Source: Andalucia godoyi And28
Lineage: Eukaryota; Protista; Jakobida
Reading direction: 5' to 3'
NCBI GenBank assembly: GCA_009859145.1
Contig: VRVR01000005.1
Span: 339,448 to 403,447, forward strand
Length of the DNA: 64,000 bases
In this document: piece by piece, positions 62,489 to 64,000 of the stretch
Position numbering within the stretch: the first letter of the stretch is position 1
Layout: the number at the start of each line of letters is the position of its first letter
Made by a program: the position numbers and the translations under genes
The notes under the pieces: model-generated
Told to the model about the DNA's origin: nothing
What the model saw: only the letters and a program-made list of their open reading frames with translations
Databases searched by the model: none

Positions 62489-63925
62489 ATGAGCGCACGA
62501 GGAAAGCCACGTCGACCGTTTCCGTCTGATCCCGACTATAATCTGTCTGACAAGACGCTTTTGTATCTTGATGATTTGACGGAAGCGGACCGCAACGCAA
62601 TTGCCGCATCTTACAAGACTCTTTCCATTTCAGCATCAACATCAACATCAACATCAGCTTCGAGTTCTTCTGCGTTTGTTGCGACGCATAGTGCAGATCA
62701 TGGGGAACGTGGAGCGTCGCCTTCTCAATCAAAATCACCTGTTATCTTCGCAGAAGCTGGGAACGGTCAGCTCCATAGTCCTGACAACCTTCGAAGGAAT
62801 AGCATTAAAGACAGCAATGCTCCGTTTGCGTTTTCGGCGTATGTTCCGCCTTCTCCTTTGCACTCGACGTCAGCGGCGCCGCCCATCGCTGCGTCTTCGT
62901 ACGCATATGCTGGTGCTGGTGCTGGTGCTGGTGCTGGTGCTGATGCTGATGATTACGATGATTCTGATGGTGGAGGGGAAGTCATGTATCCTGCGCCGAG
63001 TCGAAAACCGCCTGCACGGCCGGCTCTCACAGCAGCAAACGATAGCTTTCCAGAAGAGGACGAGCTGCCTCCGTATCGAGACGAGTCAAGATCGTTTATT
63101 CCGGTTCATATGGCTTCGCATCCAAGCCAAGGTGCCTCGGAGTCTATTCCGGCGTTCGTGCCGTTGCCGTTGCCGTTGCCGTTGCGTGGTGCAACTGCGG
63201 AAAGTGGGTCGGGAAGTTGTTCTCGGAGTTCATCCGTGTCAAGTACCGGATCCATGATTCATGTCGTGAGCACTGGAGATGACGGTCACGGCAATGCAGC
63301 GGGAAGATCTCTTGCAGTTGGCGAGCTTCCCCACCCGATATCGACGGGCAGCGCTGAGAACAAATGGATGTCCCCAGATGTTCACGAAGGTGAGCAGAAG
63401 ATGCATTCTGATCAGCGGCAGGCTATCAGTGACGAATTCCGTCGGCCTACAGGAGAAGAGCTTCGTAGTGATGATCACGGCGGTCTTCACGAGGACGAGG
63501 ACGAGCACGATTCTCAGATTCCGGTCAAAACAGCCAACTTGCTGGATGCTTCCAGTCTTTCGCAGCTGCAGGCGTCGACAGCGGAGCCCGATATGTGGAA
63601 TGTGATTGCCAACATCTTGTCGGATATTGAAGAAAAGGCGTCGATGCGGGGTTCCTTTGGGCCGCTTGAGAAGTCGTACACAGTGCTTACGCAGCAGTTT
63701 GAAGAGCATTTGCAGCTTGAGCACCGCAAGTCTGAGTTGGAAAGAGCGCATTTTGGGATCTTGCTGGAGCGGCGAACATACCTTTCCAAGTTGCGCGAGG
63801 TCGAAAAGTGGTGCACAGACAAGCTGTATGCGTCCGAGGAGCAGAGCTCCCCGTTCATTGACGCTGTTCGTGACATTCTCTACCAAGAAAACGATCAGTT
63901 TGAGCTTCGAGACTTTGCAGAATGA
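62489..63925 (+). CDS. Low-complexity protein with a C-terminal EB1-type (EBH) domain
   Basis: Coiled coil then LLERRTYLSKLREVEKWC...FIDAVRDILYQENDQF, matching the EB1 pattern ERDFYF.KLR.IE..C...I..ILYA.EEGF. ATG at 62489. Confidence 0.7.
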   Translation: MSARGKPRRPFPSDPDYNLSDKTLLYLDDLTEADRNAIAASYKTLSISASTSTSTSASSSSAFVATHSADHGERGASPSQSKSPVIFAEAGNGQLHSPDNLRRNSIKDSNAPFAFSAYVPPSPLHSTSAAPPIAASSYAYAGAGAGAGAGADADDYDDSDGGGEVMYPAPSRKPPARPALTAANDSFPEEDELPPYRDESRSFIPVHMASHPSQGASESIPAFVPLPLPLPLRGATAESGSGSCSRSSSVSSTGSMIHVVSTGDDGHGNAAGRSLAVGELPHPISTGSAENKWMSPDVHEGEQKMHSDQRQAISDEFRRPTGEELRSDDHGGLHEDEDEHDSQIPVKTANLLDASSLSQLQASTAEPDMWNVIANILSDIEEKASMRGSFGPLEKSYTVLTQQFEEHLQLEHRKSELERAHFGILLERRTYLSKLREVEKWCTDKLYASEEQSSPFIDAVRDILYQENDQFELRDFAE

Positions 63926-64000
63926 TCATTCACCATGTCTTGTCCGTAATGATGCTGCGCTGTCTTTTTTATTCGTTTGCAATTTACTTGCAGGATTCGC

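Noticed and set aside
1-64000. Transposon, retroelement or viral insertion
   Set aside because: I saw no transposase, reverse transcriptase, integrase or capsid motifs, no terminal repeats and no obvious compositional island.

Overview
This is a gene-dense, intron-poor stretch of nuclear DNA from a flagellated microbial eukaryote. It encodes SF-assemblin, CEP295-like, RSPH14-like, SPAG8-like and AOX proteins. A Discoba/jakobid-like origin is a guess I cannot confirm. I support about 25 protein-coding genes on both strands, one tRNA-Glu(UUC), one solitary 5S rRNA gene, a candidate SRP-like structured RNA and many microsatellites. I see no transposon, provirus or CRISPR array. Most short ORFs in the supplied track are antisense or frame shadows of these genes. 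Two observations stand out. (1) A head-to-head pair of membrane-protein genes (8419-11193 minus, 11677-12489 plus) shares an unrecognised ~170-200 aa helical ectodomain with two conserved Cys (42/118 identities in four gapless blocks); it is standalone in one gene and fused to an FN3/ZU5-like stalk with a second TM in the other. (2) One ORF (38180-41623) fuses a GHMP sugar kinase, whose substrate motif is altered in the direction of galacturonokinase, to a UDP-glucuronate-4-epimerase-type SDR. Other unusual architectures are a DNAJC7-type TPR protein with a WCGPC thioredoxin in place of the J-domain, an EB1 C-terminal domain with no CH domain, and a claret-like protein with no RCC1 repeats. 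Family calls come from motif recognition by eye, not database searches.
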